DNA of 64,000 bases from an uncultured Anaerolineaceae bacterium (GTDB taxonomy: Bacteria > Chloroflexota > Anaerolineae > JAAYZQ01), in contig CAZQKE010000135.1 of NCBI GenBank assembly GCA_964593865.1, positions 9,849 through 73,848 of the forward strand, given 5' to 3'. Below the pieces are notes generated by a model, which ran no database searches, had not been told where the DNA came from, and was given only the letters and a program-made list of their open reading frames with translations. Made by a program: the position numbers and the translations under genes. This document shows positions 8,145-18,695 of this stretch, piece after piece (position 1 is the stretch's first letter; every line of letters starts with the position of its first letter).

Positions 8145-9014
8145 ATGACCGATACGTTGCATTTCGCCCTGGAAACGGCCCGCCGGGCCGGTGCATTGCT
8201 GCGGGATTTTGGGCAGCGCCAAGCGGTAGGTCACAAGAGTTCGGAGATTGACATTGTGACCGCGGCCGATTTGGCTTCGGAACGCCTGATCGTGGAGGCC
8301 ATCCGCAACCGCTTTCCCGATCACCACATCCTTTCCGAAGAGGGGTTGGGGGATCTGCACGATGTGGCCGCCGAAATCCCCCACCTGTGGTTGGTGGATC
8401 CTTTGGACGGGACGGTCAATTACGCCCATGGCTTTCCCGTGTGGGGGGTAACGCTGGCCCTGGCCGAACGAGGCCGCGTGGTGATGGGCGTGACCTACGA
8501 TCCGCTGCGGGAGCAGATCTTTTGGGCAGAACAAGGGCAAGGGGCTTGGTGCAACGGCGAAAGGCTCCATGTTTCAAAGGTAGAGAGGCTTCAGGATGCC
8601 CTGCTGGCCACCGGCTTTGCCTACAAGCGGGCCAGTTTGGGCGCAGCCTCCACGGAGGAAGAGCCGGGCAACAACCTGGCCGAGTTCGGCGTGGTCATGC
8701 CCCGCGTGCAGGGCATTCGCCGCGCCGGGGCAGCAGCCCTGGATCTGGCCTATCTCGCCGCCGGCTGGTTGGATGCCTATTGGGAGATGCACCTACAACC
8801 GTGGGACTGGGCTGCCGGGACGCTGCTCATCCGGGAAGCAGGGGGCACGGTCTCCGATATGCGCGGCGAACCCTGGTCACCGGGAACCAATAGCCTGGTA
8901 GCCAGCAACGGCTTGCTCCACAACGCCCTGCTCTCCCTCCTGCACCAAGCGGACGGCAACCATGCCCAACCCCATGTAGAGCCAGAAGACGGCGACCGAG
9001 TGGGGGAAATTTAG
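8145..9014 (+). CDS. suhB: Inositol monophosphatase family protein
   Basis: DIVTAAD, WLVDPLDGTVNYAHG, RRAGAAALDLAY, WDWAAG motifs; start likely ATG 8145 (SD GAGGG). Confidence 0.93.
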   Translation: MTDTLHFALETARRAGALLRDFGQRQAVGHKSSEIDIVTAADLASERLIVEAIRNRFPDHHILSEEGLGDLHDVAAEIPHLWLVDPLDGTVNYAHGFPVWGVTLALAERGRVVMGVTYDPLREQIFWAEQGQGAWCNGERLHVSKVERLQDALLATGFAYKRASLGAASTEEEPGNNLAEFGVVMPRVQGIRRAGAAALDLAYLAAGWLDAYWEMHLQPWDWAAGTLLIREAGGTVSDMRGEPWSPGTNSLVASNGLLHNALLSLLHQADGNHAQPHVEPEDGDRVGEI

Positions 9015-10364
9015 GTTGAAGAAATAGTGATCAAGCATCCCCGCGGCCAGGATGCCCAATAGAGCGGCGGCCAATCCTAACAGGATCGATTCCAGCCCTT
9101 CCTGCCCGCCGACCAAAGGCCATGCCACCCACACCTGGCGGAAGAAGAGCAGGATGATCAGCAAAAAGGCCCCCAGGCCGATGAGGCCCATCTCCTCGGC
9201 GATCAAGAGATACACACTGGAGACGCCGATGTACAGGCTGCCCTCCGGCGCGCTGACGAAACCAACGCCGATCCAGGGGTGGCGACCGATCAGGATCAGG
9301 GCATCTTTGTATTCGCCCAGGCGCATCAGTGTCGCCAAGTCCTGAAATCGCAGACCTTCTATCAGGTGCTGCACATAGTCTTGGGCCTGGGGCAGCAACA
9401 TTAGCAGGGCCGCTCCCAGAAGCATGGCCGGGATCAGTTTGCGGTATTTGACCACGGCCAACACCCCCAGCCCCACGACCAATCCCCCCATGGACCCCCG
9501 CGAGTAGGTGAGGTACAGACACAGGGCATCCACCAAGACCATGCCCAACAGGAGCCAACGAGGAAGGATGGGCCGGCGGGCAAAAGAATGGGCAGCGGTC
9601 AAGGTTGTGATGAGGATCAACAGCCCACCCAACACGTTAGGATCGGTGGAGGTAGAGATGGCCCGCAAGGCCAAGTCCGGGTTGTCCTCCACATAGCGCA
9701 AAACACCGGGGCCGGTGGGATACCCCACCCTTCCCAGGGCGGAAAGGAGACGGATGCTCCACGCAGGGGGGAGAAAGTAAAGGACTACGCCGATCAAAGC
9801 CGCACCAAACCCGGCCAGGATGATGACCAGGATCAAGATGCGCAGCTGCTCCCGGTCGCGGACGCAGTTGACGACGACGAAAAAGAGACCGATGCTCAGC
9901 AGGATCTCAACAAAGTGGCGCAGGACGTACCGATCCAGGTAAGCATGGCCCAACCCGGCGATGAAGGATGCACAAGCCAGCAGTATGAACACCACAATCG
10001 GTAACCCCAAGGGGGTGGCGATAAAAGAGCCGGTTTTGCCGGTGGCAATCCGCATCAGCCAGACAAAGTAGACGGCCAGGAGGGCAATGTCCAGAAAGGT
10101 AGGGGTGAAACCGATCTTGAAGGGCAACGCGCCAAAGGGCAGGAGACAGATAAGGCCGATAACGGCCACCAACCCCCAGCGGACATCGCGCAACATCAGC
10201 AGCCCGCCGATGAGTGCGACCGCCCCAACGACCGCCAAGAGGGGAGACAGGACCGCCACATAGGCCCCGATGACCAGACCTGCGGCGATACAAAAAGCAA
10301 CGACCGCTGCCAGGGCAAAGCGGCGGTCGCTCGTGACAAAAATGCGGAGCAAGCCCTCTACCAT
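8877..10364 (-). CDS. O-antigen ligase/Wzy-like membrane protein
   Basis: About 12 TM; DPNVLGG, TYSRGS, PWIGVGF motifs typical of WaaL/Wzy_C family; overlaps the suhB 3' end. Confidence 0.85.
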   Translation of the reverse strand: MVEGLLRIFVTSDRRFALAAVVAFCIAAGLVIGAYVAVLSPLLAVVGAVALIGGLLMLRDVRWGLVAVIGLICLLPFGALPFKIGFTPTFLDIALLAVYFVWLMRIATGKTGSFIATPLGLPIVVFILLACASFIAGLGHAYLDRYVLRHFVEILLSIGLFFVVVNCVRDREQLRILILVIILAGFGAALIGVVLYFLPPAWSIRLLSALGRVGYPTGPGVLRYVEDNPDLALRAISTSTDPNVLGGLLILITTLTAAHSFARRPILPRWLLLGMVLVDALCLYLTYSRGSMGGLVVGLGVLAVVKYRKLIPAMLLGAALLMLLPQAQDYVQHLIEGLRFQDLATLMRLGEYKDALILIGRHPWIGVGFVSAPEGSLYIGVSSVYLLIAEEMGLIGLGAFLLIILLFFRQVWVAWPLVGGQEGLESILLGLAAALLGILAAGMLDHYFFNLNFPHSVAVFWLYMGLGMVAVRLVQEGEQGVVEQAVAGYQAIGSR

Positions 10365-10415
10365 AAGGTCAGTTGCGCTCTTTCAGCGTGGAATCGGCAC
10401 CGTTCAACACAACGA

Positions 10416-10512
10416 CGGGAGTGGATGGGAGTCGAACCCACCAGGGCTGCCTCTGCGGCACCCCTCAAACGGTTTTGAAGACCGCGGAGCCCACCGGGAC
10501 TCAACCACCCCC
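10416..10512 (-). tRNA. selC: tRNA-Sec (anticodon UCA)
   Basis: Minus strand: 8 bp acceptor GGGGGTGG/CCACTCCC, 6 bp D-stem GAGTCC/GGGCTC with 4 nt loop, anticodon loop CTTCAAA, long variable arm, 5 bp T-stem with TTCGACT; discriminator G, no encoded CCA. Confidence 0.96.
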
Positions 10513-10523
10513 ACGCCCCTCTT

Positions 10524-10552
10524 AGCATACTCGCTTTTGCACGATTCGTCAA
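10524..10552 (-). promoter_or_regulatory. Promoter of tRNA-Sec
   Basis: Minus strand TTGACG (10552-10547), 17 bp, TATGCT (10529-10524). Confidence 0.75.
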
Positions 10553-10666
10553 ATCTTTGCAGGCTTGGGGGCGCATTCCAAGTTGTGGGCGATACATTGC
10601 ATAAGCACCCAACGGCAAAGGGAGGGTTCGCCGTGCCGCCTGGAAAAGCCCAAAGAGGCGGCGTCG

Positions 10667-11458
10667 CTAGCGGGTGCGCCGCCGCCACTCTTTCTTGATC
10701 GAAAGGGCTTTTAGCTCCTCGGGGGTTTCAACATCCATAAAATCACGGAGCAAGCGGGTGAATTTGGCGGTTTGGTCCAGCATGGGGAAGTGTTGCGCGC
10801 CCGGCAGCACGATGGCACGGGCAGCATAGTGATTCCGCTCCAACTCTTGCGCTTGGGCGGGGGAGATGACATGATCTTTGGCCCCATAAACCGTCAACAA
10901 CGGAGCGTCTACGGCATCCAGCACATCCCACAAGTCCAGGCGGGCTACCGCCTGGATGCTCAGCGCAACGGCGTTCTTGGCCGCTTTGCCGACCCCCATC
11001 TCCACTTCGCGGTAAGGTTTTTGCCGATGCCAGAAGAGGCGGGCCAGGGCTTCATTGGGACCGGCGGTCAGGAGTTTGCGGTTGATGGCATTGGCGGTCA
11101 GGGGCAAACACACGGCCATTACCTTTGAGACGCGGGCCGGTTGACGGGCTGCCAGGATGGTCGCAATGGCCGCACCCAGGGTATGCCCCACCAACGGCGC
11201 CCGAAAGATGCCCAACTCATCCATAAAGGCCACAACCAGATCCACGTAGGCGTCTATGTCATAGATCTCTTTGCTCTTGTCCGAATCGCCAAAGCCCCAC
11301 AGGTCCAGGGCATAGGTGCGAAAATCGGAGGATAGCTCATCCATCACCGGAACCCAATATCGCCAAGAGCCGAGCCAGCCGTGGATCAGGACGATGGGTT
11401 TACCCCGGCCAAAGGTTTCGTAATGGATCAGGCTACCGTCAATGAGAACGCCGCTCAT
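10667..11458 (-). CDS. Alpha/beta-fold hydrolase with Thr at the nucleophile position
   Basis: LIHGWLGS, DLWGFGDS, GHTLGA elbow, GAKDHVI, HFPMLD; paralog of 31037-31819. Confidence 0.88.
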   Translation of the reverse strand: MSGVLIDGSLIHYETFGRGKPIVLIHGWLGSWRYWVPVMDELSSDFRTYALDLWGFGDSDKSKEIYDIDAYVDLVVAFMDELGIFRAPLVGHTLGAAIATILAARQPARVSKVMAVCLPLTANAINRKLLTAGPNEALARLFWHRQKPYREVEMGVGKAAKNAVALSIQAVARLDLWDVLDAVDAPLLTVYGAKDHVISPAQAQELERNHYAARAIVLPGAQHFPMLDQTAKFTRLLRDFMDVETPEELKALSIKKEWRRRTR

Positions 11459-11471
11459 ACGCAGGAACCCG

Positions 11472-11864
11472 CTATTTCAGCTTCCCCAGACGGGTGAGGA
11501 TAGAAGCCACCCGCTTCTGCAGCACATCGGGGGCAAAGGGTTTGAGGATATACTCCTCCGCCCCCAACTCCAATCCATGTTTGATCTCGGTTTCTTGGCC
11601 GCGGGCCGACAGGAACACAACCGGGATGTCTTTGGTAGATTCCAGGGATTTGAGTTTTCGGCAGGCTTCGTAGCCGTTGAGTTTCGGCATCCGCACATCC
11701 AGCATGATCAGATCCGGCTGTTCCACAGGGGCCTTTTCCACAGCCTCCGCGCCGTTGGCCGCTTGGACGACTTGATAGCCCATGAATTCCAAGCTGAAAG
11801 CGATCAGGTTGCGGATGTCTTGTTCATCTTCTGCAACAAGGATTTTGATCTTTTCTTGAGCCAT
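11472..11864 (-). CDS. Single-domain response regulator (REC)
   Basis: AEDE, phospho-Asp in LDVRMP, LSARG, YILKPF. Confidence 0.93.
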   Translation of the reverse strand: MAQEKIKILVAEDEQDIRNLIAFSLEFMGYQVVQAANGAEAVEKAPVEQPDLIMLDVRMPKLNGYEACRKLKSLESTKDIPVVFLSARGQETEIKHGLELGAEEYILKPFAPDVLQKRVASILTRLGKLK

Positions 11865-11879
11865 CACCTACTCCCAATC

Positions 11880-12311
11880 TCAGCGCATCCATTTGCGGAC
11901 GACAACGGTCGTCCCTTTCCCCACCTGCGACCGGATTTCAAATTCATCCATCAGGCGTTTGGTTCCCGCCAAGCCTACGCCCCGCTCCCGCCGGATCGGC
12001 GCGTTAGGGTCCATAATTCGCTCCAAATCGGGGATGCCCGGCCCTTGATCTTCACACCGGATTTCAATCCCCACCCGGCCCCTTTGCTGCAACCGGCTCA
12101 GCATGATCCGCCCATGGCGGGCATAGAGCAAGGCATTACGGGCCAGCTCCGAGATGGCGGTGGCGATCCGCGCCTGGTCAATGATGCCAAAGCCCAACTC
12201 TTTGGCCAGATTCCGCCCTTCGATCCGCGCCGCGACGATGTCCAAATCGCTGTGCAGCGGAATACACCTGTTATCCGAGTCGGTTTTCCCCACCGGCAAG
12301 TTGGTGCTCAA
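11880..12311 (-). CDS. rsbT: RsbT-like anti-sigma regulatory Ser/Thr kinase
   Basis: DIVAARIEGRNLAKELGF, ATAISELARN, DQGPGI, GVGLAGTKRLMDEFEIRS..GKGTTV; start uncertain (TTG 12311 after GAGGGG). Confidence 0.85.
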   Translation of the reverse strand: MSTNLPVGKTDSDNRCIPLHSDLDIVAARIEGRNLAKELGFGIIDQARIATAISELARNALLYARHGRIMLSRLQQRGRVGIEIRCEDQGPGIPDLERIMDPNAPIRRERGVGLAGTKRLMDEFEIRSQVGKGTTVVVRKWMR

Positions 12312-13971
12312 CTTTCCCCTCGAAACCCGGCGCAGCGACCATTTCTTCAATCGTGCTCAAAAGATGCGCCTGGGCTTTTACCATTTCTTGCAGATCGGTG
12401 TTGACCAGCTGGAGATCGGCCACCAACTGGGCGTTTTCAATGGCCAGGGCCGCTTCCTGGGCAAACAGTTCAATGATCCGCAATGCTTCGGCGGTAGGCA
12501 GACGGCGATCCTCCGGCTCCCCCAGGGCCACGACACCGATCATCTGCTCCTTGCGACCCAACAAGGGCACATACAACCGGTCCAGCGGATGCCAAGTTTC
12601 GGCATCCGGCGGCTCCTCCGGTTCCTCCATGCCGGGCCAGGGCGCAAAGGCACGCACTTGGGCATCCCGCCAGGGCAGGTAATAGCAACCGCCGATACGG
12701 AAGCGGGCCATTTCCTCGCCAAAGCAGACGTTTCCTTCTCGGCAAGGAAGCCAGGCGGTGTGCAACAAAGGTTCTTCCTCCGGCGTGTACCCCGCATGGG
12801 CCAGATCCGTGACGTTCATCTCCCGATCCCACAAAAAGACGGCCACCCGGCCCCATCCCAGGGAACGGAGACCTTTGGCGATCTGCTGCAACCGCGAAGG
12901 GACATCATCTGCCCGCTGAACGTCCGCGATGACCCGGTGCAGATGCACCAATTTGTCCCGCTCGGCGGCGATCTCTTGTTGGGCCTTGCGCAGCCCGGCG
13001 ACCAGGGCAGCGTTCTGCAACCCCACACCGGCCTGGTTGGCAATGGCCGAAAGCAAACGGAGTTGACGCGATGTGAAGGCATAGGGTTCGTAGCTTTGGG
13101 AGCTGATCACGCCCAGGACCCGGTCGGCAAGTTTGATCGGCACGCCGATCCACGATTGGGTAGGCTCGCCCATCACAACCGGCGCAATCGGCAGGGAATC
13201 GCGTTCCCGCTCCAGATGGCGGATCAGGAGCGGTTCACCGCTGCGGATGACGTAATCGGCCAGGCCCTCGGTCTCGCTCAGGGGCATGGTGAACGGTTCG
13301 ATCCACTTGCCTTGATCGTACATCAAACGGAAATCCAGTTCCCGACGCTGTGGGTCGTAGAGGGCCACAAAGAAAGCCGATGTGTCCATGATCCGACCGG
13401 CCTGTTCATAGATGACCTGCAAAATCCGGTCCACATCCAAGCTGGTGGCCAGCTCTGCGCCGATGTTGTAGAGCGACTCCATCTCCTCTGCCCGGCACAG
13501 GGCCTGCTCCAAAAGCCACGCCCGCTGCACAAGAGGTGCAACCCGGTCTGCAAGGGAGACCAAGCGGCGCAGATGGTCCCGATCAAAGACACCGGGTCGG
13601 CGCGCCGTGGCATAGATCACGCCGATAGCCTGTCCACCGACCATCAACGGCGCACCGGCTACCGCCCGGATCGGATCGGTGCGCCCGCTGATGTGCAACC
13701 GACGCGGGTCTTGATCGGCATCTGCAATAAGGGTCGGACGGCCCTCCCGCACGATCCAGGCGTTGATGCCCTGCTCCAGGGTCAGGTCCAGGCCCAGGAA
13801 CCATTCGGCGCCCTCGCCGCTGACGGCCCGGCATTGCAGGGTACGCCCCCGCGCCGTGACCAGGTTGATGATGCACATGTCATAGGGCAGTATCTCCCGG
13901 ACCTGCGCCAGGATGTCGTCCAGGATTTCATCTAGGTTGTCACTCCGCCCGATCATGACGTTCTGTGTCAC
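12271..13971 (-). CDS. Multi-GAF sensor protein with no output domain
   Basis: Three GAF-like repeats ending in QRAWLL / QNAALV / ENAQLV helices; short coiled tail; no HisKA, STAS or PP2C domain seen. Confidence 0.8.
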   Translation of the reverse strand: MTQNVMIGRSDNLDEILDDILAQVREILPYDMCIINLVTARGRTLQCRAVSGEGAEWFLGLDLTLEQGINAWIVREGRPTLIADADQDPRRLHISGRTDPIRAVAGAPLMVGGQAIGVIYATARRPGVFDRDHLRRLVSLADRVAPLVQRAWLLEQALCRAEEMESLYNIGAELATSLDVDRILQVIYEQAGRIMDTSAFFVALYDPQRRELDFRLMYDQGKWIEPFTMPLSETEGLADYVIRSGEPLLIRHLERERDSLPIAPVVMGEPTQSWIGVPIKLADRVLGVISSQSYEPYAFTSRQLRLLSAIANQAGVGLQNAALVAGLRKAQQEIAAERDKLVHLHRVIADVQRADDVPSRLQQIAKGLRSLGWGRVAVFLWDREMNVTDLAHAGYTPEEEPLLHTAWLPCREGNVCFGEEMARFRIGGCYYLPWRDAQVRAFAPWPGMEEPEEPPDAETWHPLDRLYVPLLGRKEQMIGVVALGEPEDRRLPTAEALRIIELFAQEAALAIENAQLVADLQLVNTDLQEMVKAQAHLLSTIEEMVAAPGFEGKVEHQLAGGENRLG

Positions 13972-13978
13972 CGGAACC

Positions 13979-16153
13979 TCAATCTGCAACCGGCAGGGTG
14001 AAGCTAAAAACGCTTCCCTTGCCCGGTTCGCTCTCCACCCAGATTTTGCCCCCGTGGAGCTCCACCAGGGACTTGGCGATGGATAGACTCAACCCCCGTC
14101 CACTGTGGTGCTGGACCACGGGGTGCTCCGCCCGGAAGAAGCGATCAAAGACATGGGGCAAGTCCTCCGGGGCAATGCCGATACCGGTATCGGCGACCGA
14201 GACGGTAATCCATTTGTTCCGATCATCTCGGCGGCGGTGGCGGCTGCCGAGCCTGGCCTCGACGGTCACACGGCCTTTAGGCAAGGTATAAAGGTAAGCG
14301 TTCATCAACAGGCTGTTCAGCACCTGGCTCAGTCGTGCCCGGTCGGCATAGACCAACGGCAACCGCGAGGATACCTTGACGTTCAGGCGCATCCCTTTGT
14401 CTTTGAACCGTTCTTTGTAGGAAGCGGTCACCTGGGTCACGACCTCTTTGAGGGAGATCGGCTCCAGCTCAAGCTGGGTCTCGCCCGTTTCCAAACGGGC
14501 GATGTCCAGCATATCCTCCATCAACTCAATGAGATAGTCGGTGCTCTCCTCAATTTTGGCGACGCTATCCAAGGCGCCGGGTTCCAACGGCCCCATCGCC
14601 CCGGAAAGGAGCATACTGCTATACCCTTTGATGGCCGTCAGAGGCGAGCGCAACTCTTGGGCCACGGATTGAACAAAGCGGCTTTGGGCCAGGTGCATCT
14701 CCTGGGCTTCCCGGTAGAGGCGGGCGTTCTCCAAAGCGATGGCCAAGGGCCGGGCTACGTTGTTCAACCGTTCCACATCCTCCTGGGTGAAAGGGCCGTC
14801 CAGCTTATTCAGCAGCTCCATCACGCCGGTACAGCGATCATGGACCATAAGGGGCACGCACAGGATGGAGCGGGTGACAAAGCCGGTCTGGGCATCTACT
14901 TCGTTGAAGAATTGGTCGTCTTGGTAGGCATTGTTGACCACCGCCGGTTGATGGGAGATGGCAACCTGACCGGCGATCCCTTGCCCCAGTTTGAGCCGCA
15001 CCCCCCGCAGCGACTCCTCTTCCCCCATCCAGCTGGTGACGAATTCCAACTCCTGGGCTTCTTCATCCAACAGCATCAGCGAACCGGCTTCAACGCGGAA
15101 CATTTCGCCGATCTTGGCCGTCACCGTGTCAAAGATTTCGTTCTGGTCCAGGGTAGAAGTCACGGTCTGGGTGATTTCGTACAGATCGGTCACCTCTTTG
15201 ATCCGCTGGGCCAAAGCCTCATCGGTGGCGCGATAGGCGCGGGCGTTTTCAATGGCAATGGCAGCGTAATCGGCCAATGCCTGGATCATGGCCTCATCGT
15301 TGGTCCCAAAGGGACGACCGGGCGTCCGGTTTGCTACGGCCAGGATACCGATGGACTGGCCTTTATACAGCAAGGGAACGGCCAGCAAGGCCGAGACGGC
15401 ATATCCCCCTCGGACGAGAATCGGGCGCGCGCCCCGTTCCGCCGCCAAGCGGAGCGGCTTGTTGCCGCGTAAGGCTTGGCCGACGATGCTCTCCCCGGCA
15501 TCGAGCACCTGCACCAACGACCGGCGTTCCCCCAACCCCTGGGCGGTCTGCAGGTGCAGGGTATCGCCCTGGCCCTCTTCCCGCAACCACAACATTCCCT
15601 CTTCGGCGCGGGTGATGAACAAAGCACCTTCTACTACGCGGTCAAGGACCTTGTCCAGGTGCAACTGGGCGGTCACCGATTTGCTGATGCCGAGGAGGAC
15701 GTTTAGTTCCCGGAGGCGTTGTTCCAGGTCCCGACGGGTCTGTTCCAATTGGCGGGTCAGCCGCTCTTTGTCCCGTTCCAGGCGCACCTGGGCCAGTACC
15801 CGGTCAATGGTCGCGGTGGCAACCTCGGTGTCAAAGGGTTTGATCAAATAGTCCCTGGCCCCCAGGCGGAAGGCTTCGGCGGCGATGGATTCGGAGCCGT
15901 GGGCGGTCATCACGATCACCGGCACATCTTGGCCTCGCTCGTGCAGGTCCCGCAGGATGTCCAGCCCATCCATATCGGGCAGCTGCAGGTCCAAGAGGAT
16001 CAAGTCCGGTTCTCGTTCGGCGATGAGGCGCATGGCCTGACGCCCGTAAGCGGTGTCCAGGGTCCGATAGCCGTACAGGGGCAACACCTCACGGCTCAGG
16101 AATTCGCGGAGCTGGTCGCTATCTTCAATTATCAGTATCAGCTCATTGCTCAC
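13979..16153 (-). CDS. REC-GAF-GAF-HisKA-HATPase hybrid kinase-like protein with H-box His replaced by Gln
   Basis: N-terminal REC (EDS, LLDLQLP, KPF); H-box reads VAQELRSP; DTGIGI, FDRFFR, GRGLSL ATP-box motifs; start GTG 16153. Confidence 0.88.
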   Translation of the reverse strand: MSNELILIIEDSDQLREFLSREVLPLYGYRTLDTAYGRQAMRLIAEREPDLILLDLQLPDMDGLDILRDLHERGQDVPVIVMTAHGSESIAAEAFRLGARDYLIKPFDTEVATATIDRVLAQVRLERDKERLTRQLEQTRRDLEQRLRELNVLLGISKSVTAQLHLDKVLDRVVEGALFITRAEEGMLWLREEGQGDTLHLQTAQGLGERRSLVQVLDAGESIVGQALRGNKPLRLAAERGARPILVRGGYAVSALLAVPLLYKGQSIGILAVANRTPGRPFGTNDEAMIQALADYAAIAIENARAYRATDEALAQRIKEVTDLYEITQTVTSTLDQNEIFDTVTAKIGEMFRVEAGSLMLLDEEAQELEFVTSWMGEEESLRGVRLKLGQGIAGQVAISHQPAVVNNAYQDDQFFNEVDAQTGFVTRSILCVPLMVHDRCTGVMELLNKLDGPFTQEDVERLNNVARPLAIALENARLYREAQEMHLAQSRFVQSVAQELRSPLTAIKGYSSMLLSGAMGPLEPGALDSVAKIEESTDYLIELMEDMLDIARLETGETQLELEPISLKEVVTQVTASYKERFKDKGMRLNVKVSSRLPLVYADRARLSQVLNSLLMNAYLYTLPKGRVTVEARLGSRHRRRDDRNKWITVSVADTGIGIAPEDLPHVFDRFFRAEHPVVQHHSGRGLSLSIAKSLVELHGGKIWVESEPGKGSVFSFTLPVAD

Positions 16154-18695
16154 GGGACATCTCCGCAACGGGCAGGGTGAAGCCAAAGGTGCTTCCCCGG
16201 CCTACCTGACTTTCTACCCACAGATCGCCGCCATGCAGTTCTACCAAAGACTTGGTAATCGCCAATCCCAGGCCAGTCCCCGGCTGTTCGCGTACCACGG
16301 GGTCCTCCGCTCGGTAGAAACGATCAAAGATGTGCTCCAAATCGTCGGGGTGAATGCCGATGCCGGTATCGCAGACGGTGATCTCCACCATGCCGTTTCT
16401 GCGCTCCGCCGCCACGGTGATCCGGCCCCCGGCGGGGGTGTAACGACAGGCATTGGTCAGCAGGTTGGTCAGAATCTGCTCCACCCGTTGGCGGTCGCCC
16501 AAGACGGTGACATCTTGGAGCGCGATCTTGACGCGCAGTCCCTTTTCCTCAATCATGGAGGTCAGGGAAGCAACAACCCCCGACACCGTATCCTGCAAGG
16601 GGAGGGGACGGGGCCGGAGGGTCAGCCGCCCGCTCTCAATACGTGCTATATCGGAGAGATCGGCCACCAGGCGCATCAGCCGCTGGGTGTTGCGGTGGAC
16701 GATTTGGAGGTAGCGTTGCCGTTGCTCTTGAGGGACATCTTTCCCCTCTCCCAACAACAATTCTGTGTACCCCCCGATGGCGGTCATCGGTGTACTCAGT
16801 TCATGGTACACGGCAGAGATGAAATCCCGCAGTTCCTTGGTGCGCTCCCGAACCTTCTTCTCCAATTCCCGGCTAAAGGCATGGACCTGTTCGTACAAAC
16901 GGGCGTTGGTGATGGCAATGGCAGCCTGGTTTGCCAGGGTGCGCAAGAGGTCCAGCTCCCGCCGCCGGTACAGATCACCGGAGAGTTTCCCCCCCACCAG
17001 GTAAAGGCCCACCAAGTTCCCACCGCTCAACAGGGGCAGAACGGCCTGGATGCCCGCCTCCTGCCAGGACGGTGGGACCTCTACCCCTTTCTCATCGGCA
17101 CGAGGCAGGTACTCACCCTCCGAGCCATCCAACAAGAGGGTTCTTTCCGAATCAAGGAGGGTGGCAACAAGGGGGCTGTCGACCGGAATGGAAAGGGAGG
17201 AAGCGGTTACCATCCCGTTACCCTCTTGATCCTCCGAGACGGTCAGGGGCACAAGATTCGCTTCCTCTTCATCGGGGATCAGCAACCAAGCACCTTTGAT
17301 GAGCAGTTGCTCCGGCACTTCACGGGTCAGCAAACGGGCAATGTCCGAGAAACGAATGCTGGTGCTGAGCCGATGGCTCCAACGGATCAAGGCGTCCTGA
17401 AAGTCCAGTTGCTGCCGAAAGAAGAGGCGGTCCACGGCGGTCTGCAAATAGGCACGCAGCGGATTGACCAGCAGGCCGATCAAAAGGGCCGAGATAAAAA
17501 CGACAAGGGTGTAGTTCCCGCTCCCGGCGGTGATGCCCAAAGCATTCGAGAGGAACGTGATAAGCAGCAGGTAGAGGGCGGCCAGCACGGCCGTCAGCAC
17601 ACCGTAAACCATGCTGCGGTTCACCACCAGGTCCACGTCCAAGAGACGGTAGCGCAACACGGCAAAGGCGAAGGAAAGGGGCAAGGTCAGTGTCCCCAAC
17701 AACAACAGGTCCGAAAGGGTGGGCATGTAGAGGTGCAACAAGGTCAGGACGATGTCCACCACGCTGGAGGCGATGGCAACGCCCAAGCCCCACATCACCC
17801 ACTGGAGCTGCCGCCGCACTACCGAATCCGCGGTGGTAGCATACACATACCCCATGCTCCCCAGGACAAAGGCAGCCGCCAAGACCAGGTATGCGAAAGC
17901 CACGTTGGAGAAGGTCTCAAAACGGGGCGCAAACCAGATGCCGGTCCCGGCCAACAACGACCGGGTATACGCCTGGATCGTCAGGGCCATCAGCACCAAG
18001 CTGGGGATGTAGAGCAGGAGCCACCACCAGGTTCCGGGCCGCAGCCGTTCCTTGGGGAAGAGCAGGGCAAAGTGGATGACCAAAGCAGGAGCCAGGGTCA
18101 AAGCCACGATCTGAACGTAGACCAGAAGGGGGGCATTTTTATCCAACAAAGCAAAATAGAGGCCCAAAGCCAGGGAGGCGATAAAGAAAAGACGGGCAGG
18201 CCGATCCCCAAACCGCTGCAACGCTACAACCATGCCCAGCAGGATAAAGACGAAGGCGATCAGGTTGCGGATGACAAAGCGCAGATCCAGACTCTTGGTG
18301 GTGATGAAAACGGGGATCTCTACAATCCGATCGCCCCGTTGCACCGTGACGACGGCCCAGCTATCCGCTTCCAGCCGGTTTTGCACCGACCGGTACTCCA
18401 TGAGGGTGGAGACGGGCCGACCGTCAACCTCAAGGATACGATCCCCCACCTGAAAACCGATTTCCGCACCGCCCGCCCGGAGGGCAGTCACAACCAGGTC
18501 CTCGTTCACCATGACGACGGCCCGGCCCAGTTCGGACTTTGTGCCTTCCGGTGGCTGGATCGAGTGCCAATGGACATCAAAGTAAATGCCGACCGCCTGG
18601 ATGCCGAAGGCCAAGACCGTCAACACGATGACAAAGGCCCGGTACGGCCACGCCAAATCGGTTGTCCGTCTCACCTTCACCACAGACGCACTCAT
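16143..18695 (-). CDS. Membrane histidine kinase with PDZ domain, multi-TM region and GAF
   Basis: N-terminal TM, PDZ-like [13 protein letters not shown], about 7-8 TM, GAF (ITNARLY), YHELSTP H-box, [21 protein letters not shown]. Confidence 0.9.
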   Translation of the reverse strand: MSASVVKVRRTTDLAWPYRAFVIVLTVLAFGIQAVGIYFDVHWHSIQPPEGTKSELGRAVVMVNEDLVVTALRAGGAEIGFQVGDRILEVDGRPVSTLMEYRSVQNRLEADSWAVVTVQRGDRIVEIPVFITTKSLDLRFVIRNLIAFVFILLGMVVALQRFGDRPARLFFIASLALGLYFALLDKNAPLLVYVQIVALTLAPALVIHFALLFPKERLRPGTWWWLLLYIPSLVLMALTIQAYTRSLLAGTGIWFAPRFETFSNVAFAYLVLAAAFVLGSMGYVYATTADSVVRRQLQWVMWGLGVAIASSVVDIVLTLLHLYMPTLSDLLLLGTLTLPLSFAFAVLRYRLLDVDLVVNRSMVYGVLTAVLAALYLLLITFLSNALGITAGSGNYTLVVFISALLIGLLVNPLRAYLQTAVDRLFFRQQLDFQDALIRWSHRLSTSIRFSDIARLLTREVPEQLLIKGAWLLIPDEEEANLVPLTVSEDQEGNGMVTASSLSIPVDSPLVATLLDSERTLLLDGSEGEYLPRADEKGVEVPPSWQEAGIQAVLPLLSGGNLVGLYLVGGKLSGDLYRRRELDLLRTLANQAAIAITNARLYEQVHAFSRELEKKVRERTKELRDFISAVYHELSTPMTAIGGYTELLLGEGKDVPQEQRQRYLQIVHRNTQRLMRLVADLSDIARIESGRLTLRPRPLPLQDTVSGVVASLTSMIEEKGLRVKIALQDVTVLGDRQRVEQILTNLLTNACRYTPAGGRITVAAERRNGMVEITVCDTGIGIHPDDLEHIFDRFYRAEDPVVREQPGTGLGLAITKSLVELHGGDLWVESQVGRGSTFGFTLPVAEMSREQ

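Noticed and set aside
10416-10512. Genomic island integrated at tRNA-Sec
   Set aside because: No duplicated tRNA 3' end noticed and no integrase in the window.
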